Positions 1-9,559 of a DNA stretch of 64,000 nucleotides are shown here, piece by piece. Numbering within the stretch: position 1 is the stretch's first letter; each line of letters opens with the position of its first letter. The notes under the pieces were generated by a model that was given only the letters and a program-made list of their open reading frames with translations, did no database searches and had not been told where the DNA came from. The DNA comes from Thainema sp. (GTDB taxonomy: Bacteria > Cyanobacteriota > Cyanobacteriia > Phormidesmidales > Phormidesmidaceae): contig JBQLZK010000001.1 of NCBI GenBank assembly GCA_052168235.1, forward strand, positions 160,001 through 224,000, read 5' to 3'. Both the position numbers and the translations under genes were made by a program.

Positions 1-187
1 TGAGCCACGCTTCGCCGTCCCGGATGTACGCATAGCCATCCTTTAGATTGACCCGCCCCGCCCGAATGGATTTTACTTCGGTGCCCAGCAGTTCAACCCC
101 AGCTTCATAAGTTTCCAGAATTTCGTACTGAAAGCGGGCCTGCCGATTATCGGCAATGGTTTTAGATCCGCGACTCTGATCGGCCAT
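1..187 (-). CDS. smpB: SsrA-binding protein SmpB (5' part; runs off window start)
   Basis: Manual translation from ATG at 187: [62 protein letters not shown], the typical SmpB N-terminus (NR.AR..Y.I.ETYEAG..L.GTEVKS). Confidence 0.95.
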   Translation of the reverse strand, partial: MADQSRGSKTIADNRQARFQYEILETYEAGVELLGTEVKSIRAGRVNLKDGYAYIRDGEAWL

Positions 188-217
188 GTTTGAATCGTCC
201 TAAGGGATGCTCTACTA

Positions 218-484
218 CTACTCTACGACAATGCACCATTGATGCAGTTCGTACTCTACGCAGTGGTGCTTAATCAGCGGGTCTTGTTCTACGATCTGTT
301 TGGCTTCATCTAACGATGCCGCCTTAAATAACAGCATACCGCCACCATATTCGGCCCAATACCCCGTTTTAGCCTCATGTCCCTGCTCAATGAGCTGACG
401 AACATAGGCTTTGTGTTCTGGCACATACTGATCAAATTCTGATTTGTTGACAATGCCCCGCTCAATTTTGACAAACCACGGCAT
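218..484 (-). CDS. YciI family protein
   Basis: 88 aa with H.AY, GGGMLLF.AASL.EA...V.QDPL; YciI-like and directly upstream of smpB. Confidence 0.85.
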   Translation of the reverse strand: MPWFVKIERGIVNKSEFDQYVPEHKAYVRQLIEQGHEAKTGYWAEYGGGMLLFKAASLDEAKQIVEQDPLIKHHCVEYELHQWCIVVE

Positions 485-536
485 AGATTTAGTTCTTTCG
501 TATTCTTGAAAACTTTAGCCCTCCTATTTTAGGCAA

Positions 537-1109
537 TTGCCCGTGACTGATCCGAACAGCCCCCGTCGATTTTTTATTGCCCTGCTGCCACCGCCACCGA
601 TTCAGGACTATGCGACCCAAATTAAGCAGGAATTTTGCGATCGCTATTCCAGTAAAGCAGCGTTGCGATCGCCACCGCACATTACGCTGCAACCGCCGTT
701 TGAGTGGACATTCGCAGAAATTGATCAGGTTAAGCATCAGCTTCAGGTATTTGCTAGCCGTCACTCATCACTGCTCATTCAGCTTTCAGGCTTTGGCGCA
801 TTTCCACCCCGCGTCATCTACATCGACGTGGTGCGCAGTCCGGAACTTTTGGAACTCCAGCGCAACCTGATGGCGCATTTAGAAGAGACGCTGGACATTG
901 TCCATCCGGTTTCAAAAAAGCGACCCTTTGCGCCGCACATGACCGTGGCATTTCGCGATCTCAAACCTGCCAGCTTTCGCATCGCCTGGCCTAAGTTTGA
1001 AAATCGAGAACTGGAATTTGAGTTTATGGCCTCTGCACTGACGCTCTTGCTGCACGATGGCCAACGCTGGACGGTCTATGAGGATTTTCAGCTTCAGGCC
1101 GTTCAGTAA
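537..1109 (+). CDS. 2'-5' RNA ligase-family (2H phosphoesterase) protein
   Basis: Two HxT motifs (PPHITL, PHMTVA), plus RFFIAL and FGAFPPRVIY. Start may be GTG at 543. Confidence 0.88.
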   Translation: MPVTDPNSPRRFFIALLPPPPIQDYATQIKQEFCDRYSSKAALRSPPHITLQPPFEWTFAEIDQVKHQLQVFASRHSSLLIQLSGFGAFPPRVIYIDVVRSPELLELQRNLMAHLEETLDIVHPVSKKRPFAPHMTVAFRDLKPASFRIAWPKFENRELEFEFMASALTLLLHDGQRWTVYEDFQLQAVQ

Positions 1110-1287
1110 TTCAACCGACAGCCGTAGCCGCAAAACCTGCGGTAATAAAGCTGGGTTATCTATAAAAATCAACGTTTACTGATACTTTCCGTAGAGCGAA
1201 TGAGCTTTGTAGCCTAAGCAACAATCACAGGGTGCAAAAGACTATTTACTTATCTTTACATTTAGCTTGTATGTCTATTGGACAAGT

Positions 1288-2457
1288 ATGAAAGTTATAA
1301 GGCGTTCACATAAGCTTCGGAAATTCCGGTCTGTTCGGCGGTCTTGGCAGCTTGCAGGTGGAGCACTACTGCTCGCTCTATTCGCCACAGTCGGATTGGT
1401 TCAGTTTTCACCCGTGTGGGCAACAAACCACACCTACGAGGTTAAATCTACTCCCGAAAATGTGATCTGGGGAGAATTATTCAAGCCTGACAGTGCGCCT
1501 ATTTTGACCGTTCAGTCAGGCGACCAAATCACCATGGAAACGGTTTCCCATGAAGGTATCCTGCCCGACCAAGGTGACACTGTTGAGTTCTTGACCAAGG
1601 GTGGTATTAAAGAAGACGATATCCTGCCGGATCAAATCACCATCAAATCCACTGTCACCAAGTCTGGCCCTGGCCCCCACGTCATCACAGGCCCTATCTA
1701 TGTTGAAGGCGCAGAACCGGGTGACGTGTTGGAGATCAAAACCGTCAACATTGACTACCGAGTGCCCTACGGCGTCATCTCGAATCGTCACGGCAAGGGT
1801 TCATTGCCAGGAGAATATCCTGAAAATGGCGATCCCATCTATACCAAGGTTATTCCAATTGAGATGACCAAGGATGTCGGTATTTTCAAACCCAGCAATG
1901 GTTTGTCTGATCTGGAAATCCCGCTGAAGCCGTTTATAGGACTGATGGGCGTTGTCCCTGCCGACACCGAGCAAACGGCTAACTCCGTGCCACCGGGTCT
2001 ATATGGCGGCAACTTGGACATTAAGCATCTGGGTGAAGGCAGCAGCTTGTACCTGCCAGTACAGGTACCGGGCGCACTCTTTTATGCAGGCGATCCGCAC
2101 TGTGCCCAAGGAAATGGTGAAGTTGCTCTAACCGCAATTGAGTGTTCGCTGACGCCAACCTTTGAACTGACGTTGCACAAGGACATGGAGCTACCTGCCC
2201 CAATGGGTGAGACGGAAGATGCCTGGATTGCGGTCGGTCTAGATGAAGACCTCGACGAAGCCATGAAGAAGTCCGTGCGTGAATACTTGCGCATCATGAA
2301 TGAGAACTATGGTCTGACTAAGCCGGATGCATTACTCTACGCCAGCGCGGGCATCGATTTTGAGGTGTCACAGGTGGTGGATATCGTCAAGGGGATTCAC
2401 AGCGTGATTCCTAAAGAGCGATTCAAGGTGCTGGAAGAAACCGTTCCTGGTTCGTAA
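1288..2457 (+). CDS. Acetamidase/formamidase family protein with N-terminal export signal
   Basis: Motifs GPHVITGPIYVEGAEPGDVL, GGNLD, LYLPVQVPGALFYAGDPHCAQGNGEV. N-terminus is basic then hydrophobic, ending VWA. Confidence 0.9.
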   Translation: MKVIRRSHKLRKFRSVRRSWQLAGGALLLALFATVGLVQFSPVWATNHTYEVKSTPENVIWGELFKPDSAPILTVQSGDQITMETVSHEGILPDQGDTVEFLTKGGIKEDDILPDQITIKSTVTKSGPGPHVITGPIYVEGAEPGDVLEIKTVNIDYRVPYGVISNRHGKGSLPGEYPENGDPIYTKVIPIEMTKDVGIFKPSNGLSDLEIPLKPFIGLMGVVPADTEQTANSVPPGLYGGNLDIKHLGEGSSLYLPVQVPGALFYAGDPHCAQGNGEVALTAIECSLTPTFELTLHKDMELPAPMGETEDAWIAVGLDEDLDEAMKKSVREYLRIMNENYGLTKPDALLYASAGIDFEVSQVVDIVKGIHSVIPKERFKVLEETVPGS

Positions 2458-2484
2458 GTCAGCTTCTGAATCCATTGCTGTTAC

Positions 2485-2510
2485 GTAGGGGCGAGGCATT
2501 TGCCCCTACA
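2485..2510. repeat. REP-like GTAG hairpin
   Basis: GTAGGGGCGA-ggcat-TTGCCCCTAC. Related degenerate hairpins occur at about 6146-6170 and 11772-11840. Confidence 0.55.
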
Positions 2511-2518
2511 GGATGTTT

Positions 2519-2595
2519 GGAATTGCTGATTTTAAGTATGAATTGTGATGTGAGGACACCCCACATCACAATTCATACCCAGATTAAGCAACGCC
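2519..2595. mobile_element. MITE-like palindromic element
   Basis: Imperfect terminal IRs (GGAATTGCTGATTTTAAGTATG versus reverse complement GGCGTTGCTTAATCTGGGTATG) enclose a 20-bp-arm hairpin (2536-2578, 1 mismatch, loop ACA). Confidence 0.6.
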
Positions 2596-2630
2596 GGATT
2601 TTATTGATAACGGTTAACGATTAGGTTGGC

Positions 2631-3593
2631 TTGATGTTTGTCCATTCTGCAAATTGTGGCTGTACCCAGCACGCTTCGGTTGATCGGAATCAGAAGACTC
2701 GTCTACTGCTAACTGCGCTGGCGCTGATTGGTGGATTTTCAGTCATTGAGCTGGTGATGAGTGTATCAAGCGGTAGTTTAGCGCTGCTGGCCGAAGCTGG
2801 GCACATGCTGTCCGACTGCGCGGCCCTGGGTATTGCCCTGCTGGCAACCTGGCTGGGGCGACGAACCGCTTCTGCACCAGCTCCCTTTGGCCATCGCCGA
2901 GTTGAGATTCTGGCGGCACTGCTCAACGGCTTGGGACTAATAGCCGTTGCCCTCTGGGTGAGTTGGGAAGCAATTGAGCGGTTGCAGGCTCCCGCAGTTG
3001 AAGTTCTGGCACTACCAATGCTGGTGACTGCGGTTCTGGGACTGGTTATTAACCTGTTCAATATTGCGCTGCTACACGACCATAGCCACTCTGATCTCAA
3101 CCTCAAAGGAGCATTTTTGCACGTGGTGGCGGATGCTCTGGGATCGCTAGGGGTAATTGTAGCTGCGATCGCAGTTTATGTTTTGGGCTGGACATGGGCT
3201 GACAGTGCAGTTAGCCTCGTGGTGGCAGCTTTGATTGTCACAGGAGCCGTGCCTCTCGTGCGTCAGAGTCTTGATATTTTGCTAGAGAAACCCCCTGCCG
3301 ATCTGAACGTCCGCAAGATAGAAGCGCTATTGGCATCAGCACCGGGAGTCATCAGAGTCGAAAATTTGCATTTGTCGGTGATTGCACCGGATCACAATCG
3401 GCTCTCGGCTCATTTAGTGGTTGAACTGACAAATGCAGCAGCACGTGATCGGCTGTTGCAGGAGCTACAGGTCAGTTTGTTCCAGCGGTTTGGCTTACAA
3501 GATACGTGTCTGCAAATGCAGTCGCCTGCCCCCGCTACTCTTTCACTCTCACCGAATCTATTGCTATTGGCTGCAGGGAAAGGTTGCCGATAG
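2631..3593 (+). CDS. Cation diffusion facilitator (CzcD/ZitB-like) metal transporter
   Basis: SLALLAEAGHMLSD, FGHRRVEILAALLN, His-rich loop HDHSHSDLNLKGAFLHVVAD; about 6 transmembrane segments. Confidence 0.92.
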   Translation: MMFVHSANCGCTQHASVDRNQKTRLLLTALALIGGFSVIELVMSVSSGSLALLAEAGHMLSDCAALGIALLATWLGRRTASAPAPFGHRRVEILAALLNGLGLIAVALWVSWEAIERLQAPAVEVLALPMLVTAVLGLVINLFNIALLHDHSHSDLNLKGAFLHVVADALGSLGVIVAAIAVYVLGWTWADSAVSLVVAALIVTGAVPLVRQSLDILLEKPPADLNVRKIEALLASAPGVIRVENLHLSVIAPDHNRLSAHLVVELTNAAARDRLLQELQVSLFQRFGLQDTCLQMQSPAPATLSLSPNLLLLAAGKGCR

Positions 3594-3615
3594 ATGAAGT
3601 CTCAGGATCGGCTAT

Positions 3616-3819
3616 TATAGCCATCGCCATTTTGGTTGAGTGGTTGAGACATCTACAGAATCCAACGTTTGAATGTTTGAACGTTTTCGGGATTTTCCAA
3701 CGTTCTAACTAATACAGCCATCTTAAATTGATTATGAACAGGCCGCCCCGCTGGGGCGGCCTGTTCATAATCAATTTAGTTCATCAGCTATTTGAGAGCG
3801 CTGTATAACTATTGCTATA
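3616..3819. mobile_element. MITE-like dispersed repeat (outer element), interrupted by a second element
   Basis: 3616-3640 is identical over 25 nt to the reverse complement of 28382-28406, and similarity continues to 3712. The far end (TAACTATTGCTATA) resumes at 3806-3819. Confidence 0.75.
3715..3803. mobile_element. Nested MITE-like element with TA target-site duplication
   Basis: TA at 3713-3714 and 3804-3805; TIRs match 12/16 (CAGCCATCTTAAATTG versus CAGCGCTCTCAAATAG); internal perfect 26-bp inverted repeat 3724-3778 with loop GCT. Confidence 0.7.
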
Positions 3820-4097
3820 AATTGGGTGCATTTTCCGGGGCGATAATAGTTAGCTATTCCTACAGCAATAGACTTAGTAAGTCTGCGTTAATTGCTCATA
3901 TTTTGCTCACATCTTTTTCTCATATCTAAAGAGGCTGTTTCACCACCGAAGCACAGCAGCAAAACAGCCTCTTCATGCTTTTATATTTTCGGCTTTTCTT
4001 GGAACACTATCGAAATATTAATTGAAATCACTAAAGCGAAACATTTATCGCATTTTGCCAAAAATACGGATCACTAACCCTGAATCTAACACTCGTG

Positions 4098-4123
4098 CAT
4101 CCAAATCGTCATCGGTGACGTAA
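4098..4123 (+). promoter_or_regulatory. Candidate ECF (SigK-like) autoregulatory promoter
   Basis: CATCC-N16-CGTAA about 100 bp upstream of the ECF sigma gene, resembling SigK-type promoters. Confidence 0.5.
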
Positions 4124-4225
4124 TCCTAGTGCAGTCGATATTTTAGGACATCAACTTACCAGTATCGATGAAAAATCATCGATCGAAGTAAGATATGTCA
4201 TAGCGGTTCTGCATATTTAGGATCT

Positions 4226-4816
4226 ATGGATTCCGAACAATCTAGCCATGCTGAGCAGGCTGACCTGACAGATGTGCAACTATGGCAGGCAACTCAGCAG
4301 GGTCAGACAGAGGCATTAGGGGTGCTTTATGATCGCCATGCTGGTCTGGTCTATGGAATTGCGCTAAAGGTACTGGGAAATTCTCAAGAAGCAGAGGATT
4401 TAACGCAGGATATTTTTATCAAACTAATCGATGGTTCATCGTATGATCCTCAGCGCGGTTCATTAAGAACGTTTTTAGCCATTCTCACCCGATCGCGGGC
4501 GCTTGATCGGGTGAGGTCGCGCCAACGGGAAAGCCTACGGCGGAGAAAAAATCAGACTTTAGTGTTTCAAGACTCTATTCATTCATCATCTAGTTCAATT
4601 GATGAAATTTTTCAGCAAGAGCAGAAACAAGAAATACGCTCTGCCCTTTCGCAATTGTCAGAACAGCAGCAGCAGCTTTTAAGAATGAGTTATTACGATG
4701 GATTGACCCAGTCAGCTATTGCTGAGCGTTTAAATTTGCCGCTCGGAACCGTTAAGTCAAAGGTGCGCCGAGGACTACTCAAACTGCGCCAAGTTTTACA
4801 AGATCGGTTGGATTAA
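4226..4816 (+). CDS. ECF sigma-70 factor (SigK-like)
   Basis: Region 2 (LYDRHAGLVY, AEDLTQDIF, YDPQRGS, RSRALDR) and region 4 (YYDGLTQSAIAERLNLPLGTVKSKVRRGL). Confidence 0.93.
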   Translation: MDSEQSSHAEQADLTDVQLWQATQQGQTEALGVLYDRHAGLVYGIALKVLGNSQEAEDLTQDIFIKLIDGSSYDPQRGSLRTFLAILTRSRALDRVRSRQRESLRRRKNQTLVFQDSIHSSSSSIDEIFQQEQKQEIRSALSQLSEQQQQLLRMSYYDGLTQSAIAERLNLPLGTVKSKVRRGLLKLRQVLQDRLD

Positions 4817-4840
4817 TCATTTCATTGTGTCTATGACAGT

Positions 4841-5683
4841 ATGACCATGTCGATGTCTCCGGAAGAGTTACAGCAGTTAATCGCAGGCTACGTTCTTTAT
4901 ACGCTCAGCCCAGAAGAGGTGGCTACCTTAGAACAGTTGATGAGAACGAATCCAACGATTCTCAAAGAAGTTGAGCTGATGCAAAAAGCACTGGAACTCA
5001 CGTTTATGCCGTCTGAGGCGCAGCCACCGGAACAGTTGCGATCGCAGATTTTAAATCTCGCGCGTCAAACCGCTCTGCCGCAGTCCCAGCAGCCATCAGC
5101 CGCATCACCCGTTCCTGACGCAACAGTTTCCAACCCAACAATTCCCGGCCCAAGCCCTATTCCCGTATTTGAATCACCATCTCCATCTCGTCAGACTCAA
5201 CGGCGGAGCTGGGTCATCGGTCTGGGTGCGATCGCAGCTTCGCTCATTGTGGGGTTAAGCATCAGTAATTACGCGCTGTGGCGCTCGTTACAACTTGCCC
5301 GTTCTCAACTACAACCTTCTGAGGCCGTGGTCGTTGCGCTCGAACCAACGGCAGAGGATAGTCCAGTAGCGGCCACAGTTGCGCTTGATCCCGCTAATCT
5401 GCAGGCCACCTTAAACATTGAAAACCTGCCTCCACTACCAGCAGGCCAGGTCTATGTGCTGTGGACGGTTCTAGAAGCGGATGCACCATTTACCACGGAT
5501 GCCAAGAATGCGATTCTGACCGAAACCTTTACCGTTAGCGATCAGGAAACGCAATCACAGCAAATTGCTCTCCCGCCCGTCTATCGCGATCGCCAGTGGA
5601 TAAAAGCGATCGCAATTACCGTCGAAGCGGCAGAAGCTCCCCAACGGCACGAAGCTAGTCCAATTCTGATTCAGATGCTGTAG
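4841..5683 (+). CDS. Anti-sigma factor, RskA-like
   Basis: N-terminal LIAGYVL..LSPEE, one transmembrane segment, C-terminal LPPLPAGQVYVLW...AITVE; follows the ECF gene. Confidence 0.88.
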   Translation: MTMSMSPEELQQLIAGYVLYTLSPEEVATLEQLMRTNPTILKEVELMQKALELTFMPSEAQPPEQLRSQILNLARQTALPQSQQPSAASPVPDATVSNPTIPGPSPIPVFESPSPSRQTQRRSWVIGLGAIAASLIVGLSISNYALWRSLQLARSQLQPSEAVVVALEPTAEDSPVAATVALDPANLQATLNIENLPPLPAGQVYVLWTVLEADAPFTTDAKNAILTETFTVSDQETQSQQIALPPVYRDRQWIKAIAITVEAAEAPQRHEASPILIQML

Positions 5684-6095
5684 CGTCATCGCGCATCTGT
5701 TTCAGCCACTGCAGCAGCTCATTCGGCAGCGGACGCTTGGCTCGACTGCGAGGATCGATGCAAACATGACGAGTTTTTGCGATCGCGGCAGGCTTATCGG
5801 TTACAGAAAAGACTTGATAGCTAATTTCAAACACTGCCTCACTGAGTTTGACGGGCAAAAGCTGCACCGTTAACCGATCGCCACAGAATAGCGGTTGATG
5901 AAAATCGGCACTGGCATGAACAATAGGGACAGCCACAATTCCCTGACTGCTAAAAAACTCTCGCAGCACAATACCTGAATCGGCCAAAGATGCCTCGTAA
6001 GCCTCATGACACAGGCTTAAAAGGTTCGCGAAGTAAACCACGCCCGCCGCATCCGTATCCTGAAAGCGAACGGTACGTTGATATGAAAAAGCCAT
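5655..6095 (-). CDS. 1,4-dihydroxy-2-naphthoyl-CoA hydrolase (hotdog thioesterase)
   Basis: RTVRFQDTDAAGVVYFAN...CHEAYEASL...PIVHASADF, the cyanobacterial phylloquinone-pathway thioesterase signature. Confidence 0.85.
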   Translation of the reverse strand: MAFSYQRTVRFQDTDAAGVVYFANLLSLCHEAYEASLADSGIVLREFFSSQGIVAVPIVHASADFHQPLFCGDRLTVQLLPVKLSEAVFEISYQVFSVTDKPAAIAKTRHVCIDPRSRAKRPLPNELLQWLKQMRDDATASESELD

Positions 6096-6197
6096 AGTGC
6101 GATCGCACCCAGTCTAACGAAACGGCATATAAAATCGCGGCAACTGTAGGAGCGAAAGGGTTTCGCCCTAAGATGCTGAAAGATGCGGATCTAAGCA

Positions 6198-7169
6198 TCA
6201 GCTATGAACCGAACCATCTGGCATGATCACGCCCGTCAAAATTGCTCCCGTCAGTTTCACCATAATTTTGTCGGAGAAGCCAACCCGTGCCCCAGTCATA
6301 TCCGCACCGGATAAATCCGCACCGGATAAATCCGCACCGATTAAATCCGCTTCCCGCAAGTTTGCACCCCGTAAATTCGCCTGGAGCAAATTTGCGCGGA
6401 ACAAGCGAGCTTTTGAAAGGTTCGCGCCACTAAGGTCAATCTTATGCAAAAACGCATCGCTCAAATCCGCACCGCTCAAATTGCAGCCACTAAGATTTTG
6501 ACCCGATAAATCCCGCTCATGTAGATCAGCTCCCTCCAAGTTTTGATGGCTGAGTTCTGACGGCTTCGCGGATGATGGCTCTGGCGGACGATAAGATTGG
6601 GTATTGCGCCAATAGTGAGGCGGCGGCGTATAGCCTGAGGAAGGCCGAGGAGGATACTGCTGAGCGTAGTTGGAATCATATTCCCAGCCTGTATCGTACG
6701 GAGCCTGTGGTTGCGGTTGCGACTTATAAGAACGAGGATAGCCTTGGTCGTAGGCCGATCGGGCGGAGGTGGACTGAGACGTAGACTGATGAGTATCCTC
6801 CCGCCGATGGGCATTGCCGTTGGCATAGCGGTTAGAGTAGCCGTTTTGATAGCTACGGCTGGAGTCGCGATTTCCATCACTGCGGGAATTGGTACTCGCT
6901 GAGCGCGCTGAGCCATTGGCCGTATTGGTGGCATTATTAGACGCTCGACTAGAGCGCCGTTCGTCCCGCCGATAACGCCGCAGCTCGTCCCGTGCGTGGT
7001 TAATCGCCTTAATCTTTTCCTGGGCCTTTTGGTGCAATCGCGTATTATCCTTTGGGATGCGATCGGGATGCCAAATAAACACCAAGTCTTTGTAAGCCTG
7101 GTTGATGTCCTCTAGCGAGGCACCAGGCTCTAGCTCTAGAATGCGGTAGCAGTGTTCCAAATCTCTCAT
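6198..7169 (-). CDS. DnaJ-domain / pentapeptide-repeat protein
   Basis: J domain with HPD, a low-complexity linker, and C-terminal A(D/N)LxG pentapeptide repeats. Confidence 0.9.
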   Translation of the reverse strand: MRDLEHCYRILELEPGASLEDINQAYKDLVFIWHPDRIPKDNTRLHQKAQEKIKAINHARDELRRYRRDERRSSRASNNATNTANGSARSASTNSRSDGNRDSSRSYQNGYSNRYANGNAHRREDTHQSTSQSTSARSAYDQGYPRSYKSQPQPQAPYDTGWEYDSNYAQQYPPRPSSGYTPPPHYWRNTQSYRPPEPSSAKPSELSHQNLEGADLHERDLSGQNLSGCNLSGADLSDAFLHKIDLSGANLSKARLFRANLLQANLRGANLREADLIGADLSGADLSGADMTGARVGFSDKIMVKLTGAILTGVIMPDGSVHS

Positions 7170-7470
7170 ACTGAGATCAACATAACACCTAGCGCCCCAA
7201 GACGATCGCGCTCTTCACCAGTCTACTTAATCCCGAACAATAGGGACTGGTACTCAAGTAGTGATTTTTAGAGACTCTTGGAAAAAGACAATGGCACAGG
7301 CTGGCTCCCAGTATGGAGAAGAATCTAGCTAACGCGACAAAATTGCAACACTGTCTTTATATCTGTCTCTTTATATCTGTCAAGTAATACCGAATCTAAA
7401 GCCAGCCACACAGTCACCGTGCTAGCGCTGTAGAATTGCACAGGGGATTCAACGGGAGCAAACGAACGAC

Positions 7471-8118
7471 ATGCTGAGCTTCTATGATTTTTTTGCGGCC
7501 TGTTCCGGCAAGTGGACAACGGAGCGTACCTATCATTTTGTCCTCACCGACACGATTGAGCGCTCTCACACTACGTTTCATGTCCAACCGTTAGGCAACG
7601 AAGATAAGCAGCGAATTCTTTCAGTTGCAGATCCAGAATCGGCACCACTCAAGATTAATCTGGCCCAGGCGAACCAAGACGAGAAACTGTGGCCCGGATT
7701 CTCAATTTCCTTCGAGACTCGCTCTGAAACGGGTGAAGAAGTCTCAATGGATTTGAAGGCGCTGTTTGTGCCCGATGCGCTGGTGCTCTCGCCGGAAACA
7801 GCGGCTCAGTTTCCGCCCTCTCCCGTCGCCTCCCAGATTACCGATACAGAATCGGGCGATATCATTCGCGGCTTTTATCTGCGGGATCAGGGCTATTCCG
7901 AAGCAGGTGCGATCGCAGGTCGGTTTACCTATCAGTCGATTCGTCAAGCCCTGGAAATGACGACCTACTATCGGCGTTCGGTGGCAGTGGATCAAATGCG
8001 GATTATCAGTCCTAAGCTGCGGCTGCGGACGATTGTGAACTATCAGCGCCCGGAGACAGATGTGTCTCCCAGCGTGATTGATTTGATTGGATTTGGTGTT
8101 GAACAAAAGCATGGTTAA
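7471..8118 (+). CDS. CpcS/CpeS-family phycobiliprotein lyase homolog (CpcV-like)
   Basis: FF...SG.W.TERTYH; YLRDQGYSE; LEMTT.Y..SVAVDQMR....LRLRTI; GFGVEQK. Confidence 0.75.
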   Translation: MLSFYDFFAACSGKWTTERTYHFVLTDTIERSHTTFHVQPLGNEDKQRILSVADPESAPLKINLAQANQDEKLWPGFSISFETRSETGEEVSMDLKALFVPDALVLSPETAAQFPPSPVASQITDTESGDIIRGFYLRDQGYSEAGAIAGRFTYQSIRQALEMTTYYRRSVAVDQMRIISPKLRLRTIVNYQRPETDVSPSVIDLIGFGVEQKHG

Positions 8119-9298
8119 TCGGCGTTCGGTACTGATTGGCGGCAGCGCTCTGGCGGCAGCGCAGTTACTCAGCGCCTGTCGGCCCAGGCAAATTCCTAGA
8201 CTGCGAGTAGACTATCTGAAAGATTCTGTTCCCAGTTCGCTGCTAGAGATCTTTCAAGAATCACAGGCTGAACCGCTGGATTTGCGGTTGCAGACCAGCG
8301 ACCAAATCCGTGAACTGTATGAAATGCTAGTTGCGATCGCAGATCCGCAGAATGCGCCCAAACCTTGGCTCAGGCTGCCCTTCCGCAACTCTGGGCCGCC
8401 CCAATTAGATATCGTCACACTGGGCGACTACTGGCTGACAAAAGCCATTCGGGAAGAGCTGATTCAGCCGCTCAATGTCAGCCAGCTTTCGGGCTGGTCG
8501 CAGTTGCCGCCTCAGTTTCAGCAACTGGTTCAGCGGAATGAACAGGGATCTGTCGAGCCGAACGGTTCGATCTGGGGTGCGCCCTATCGCTGGGGCAGTA
8601 CCGTGATTATTTATCGGATTCAAGACTTTGACGATTTGGGTTGGACACCTCAAGACTGGTCAGACCTGTGGCGGCCAGAATTGAGAGGCAAAATCTCCCT
8701 GCTCGATAGCCCCCGCGAGGTGATTGGCTTGACGCTCAAGCGGCTCGGTTACTCATACAATGAACCGGATCTAGCTGCGATCGCAGAGTTGCCGAAAGCC
8801 TTGGCCGAACTCGATCAGCAGGTCAAAGTATATACGTCTACCTCCTACCTCGAACCGCTGCTGATTGGTGACATCTCACTGGCGGTTGGCTGGTCAACGG
8901 ATATCGTGCCTGTCCTGCGCAAATCACGAGATTTGGCCGCCGTTGTGCCTGTCTCAGGCACCGCTCTGTTTGCAGATTTATGGGTGCAGCCCGCATCTGC
9001 ATCATCGACCGATGACGCGGACTCATCTACTGACTTGCTGTCCCAGTGGTTTAACTTCTACTGGCAACCTGAGGTTGGCATCCAACTGGCACTGCAAGCG
9101 GCGGGTAGTTCGCCAGTTGTACCTGGCTTATCAGCAGATCAACTGCCGGAGACGCTACAGCAGGATGAACTGTCACTGCCCAATTCTGAGATCTTGAGTA
9201 AAAGCGAGTTTCTGCTGCCGTTGACCGATGATACGGCTAAGAAACAGTTTGATCTATGGGAAGAAATGCGCTGTCAGGAGAAGCAAACAACTTGCTGA
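8111..9298 (+). CDS. PotD-like ABC substrate-binding lipoprotein (Tat-type signal)
   Basis: MVNRRSVL...LLSAC lipobox; APYRWG; WSDLWRPELRGKISLLDSPREVIG; GTALFADLW. Confidence 0.82.
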   Translation: MVNRRSVLIGGSALAAAQLLSACRPRQIPRLRVDYLKDSVPSSLLEIFQESQAEPLDLRLQTSDQIRELYEMLVAIADPQNAPKPWLRLPFRNSGPPQLDIVTLGDYWLTKAIREELIQPLNVSQLSGWSQLPPQFQQLVQRNEQGSVEPNGSIWGAPYRWGSTVIIYRIQDFDDLGWTPQDWSDLWRPELRGKISLLDSPREVIGLTLKRLGYSYNEPDLAAIAELPKALAELDQQVKVYTSTSYLEPLLIGDISLAVGWSTDIVPVLRKSRDLAAVVPVSGTALFADLWVQPASASSTDDADSSTDLLSQWFNFYWQPEVGIQLALQAAGSSPVVPGLSADQLPETLQQDELSLPNSEILSKSEFLLPLTDDTAKKQFDLWEEMRCQEKQTTC

Positions 9299-9559
9299 CA
9301 ATTGATTTTGGGGTTGTACGCGATCGCATCATGAAACAACAGCACTGAGTTCAACCAGGATGAGATCTTACTTCTTGGAATCCGCCCGCCAGGGACGCAA
9401 CCACTTTCCCAGATACCTACTGTTTAAGTATTATCCTGTTCTTAGTTCGAATAGGAATATTTTATTACTGCTCTTTAAGACATTCTCGTATAGGGGTAAA
9501 TCATTCTTCTTAAACGAAGCAAGTTAGGGTGCAAACTCAACTTGAAAGACCCCACCGTT

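Noticed and set aside
6290..6350. 15-bp tandem repeat
   Set aside because: Encodes ordinary GADLS pentapeptide repeats.
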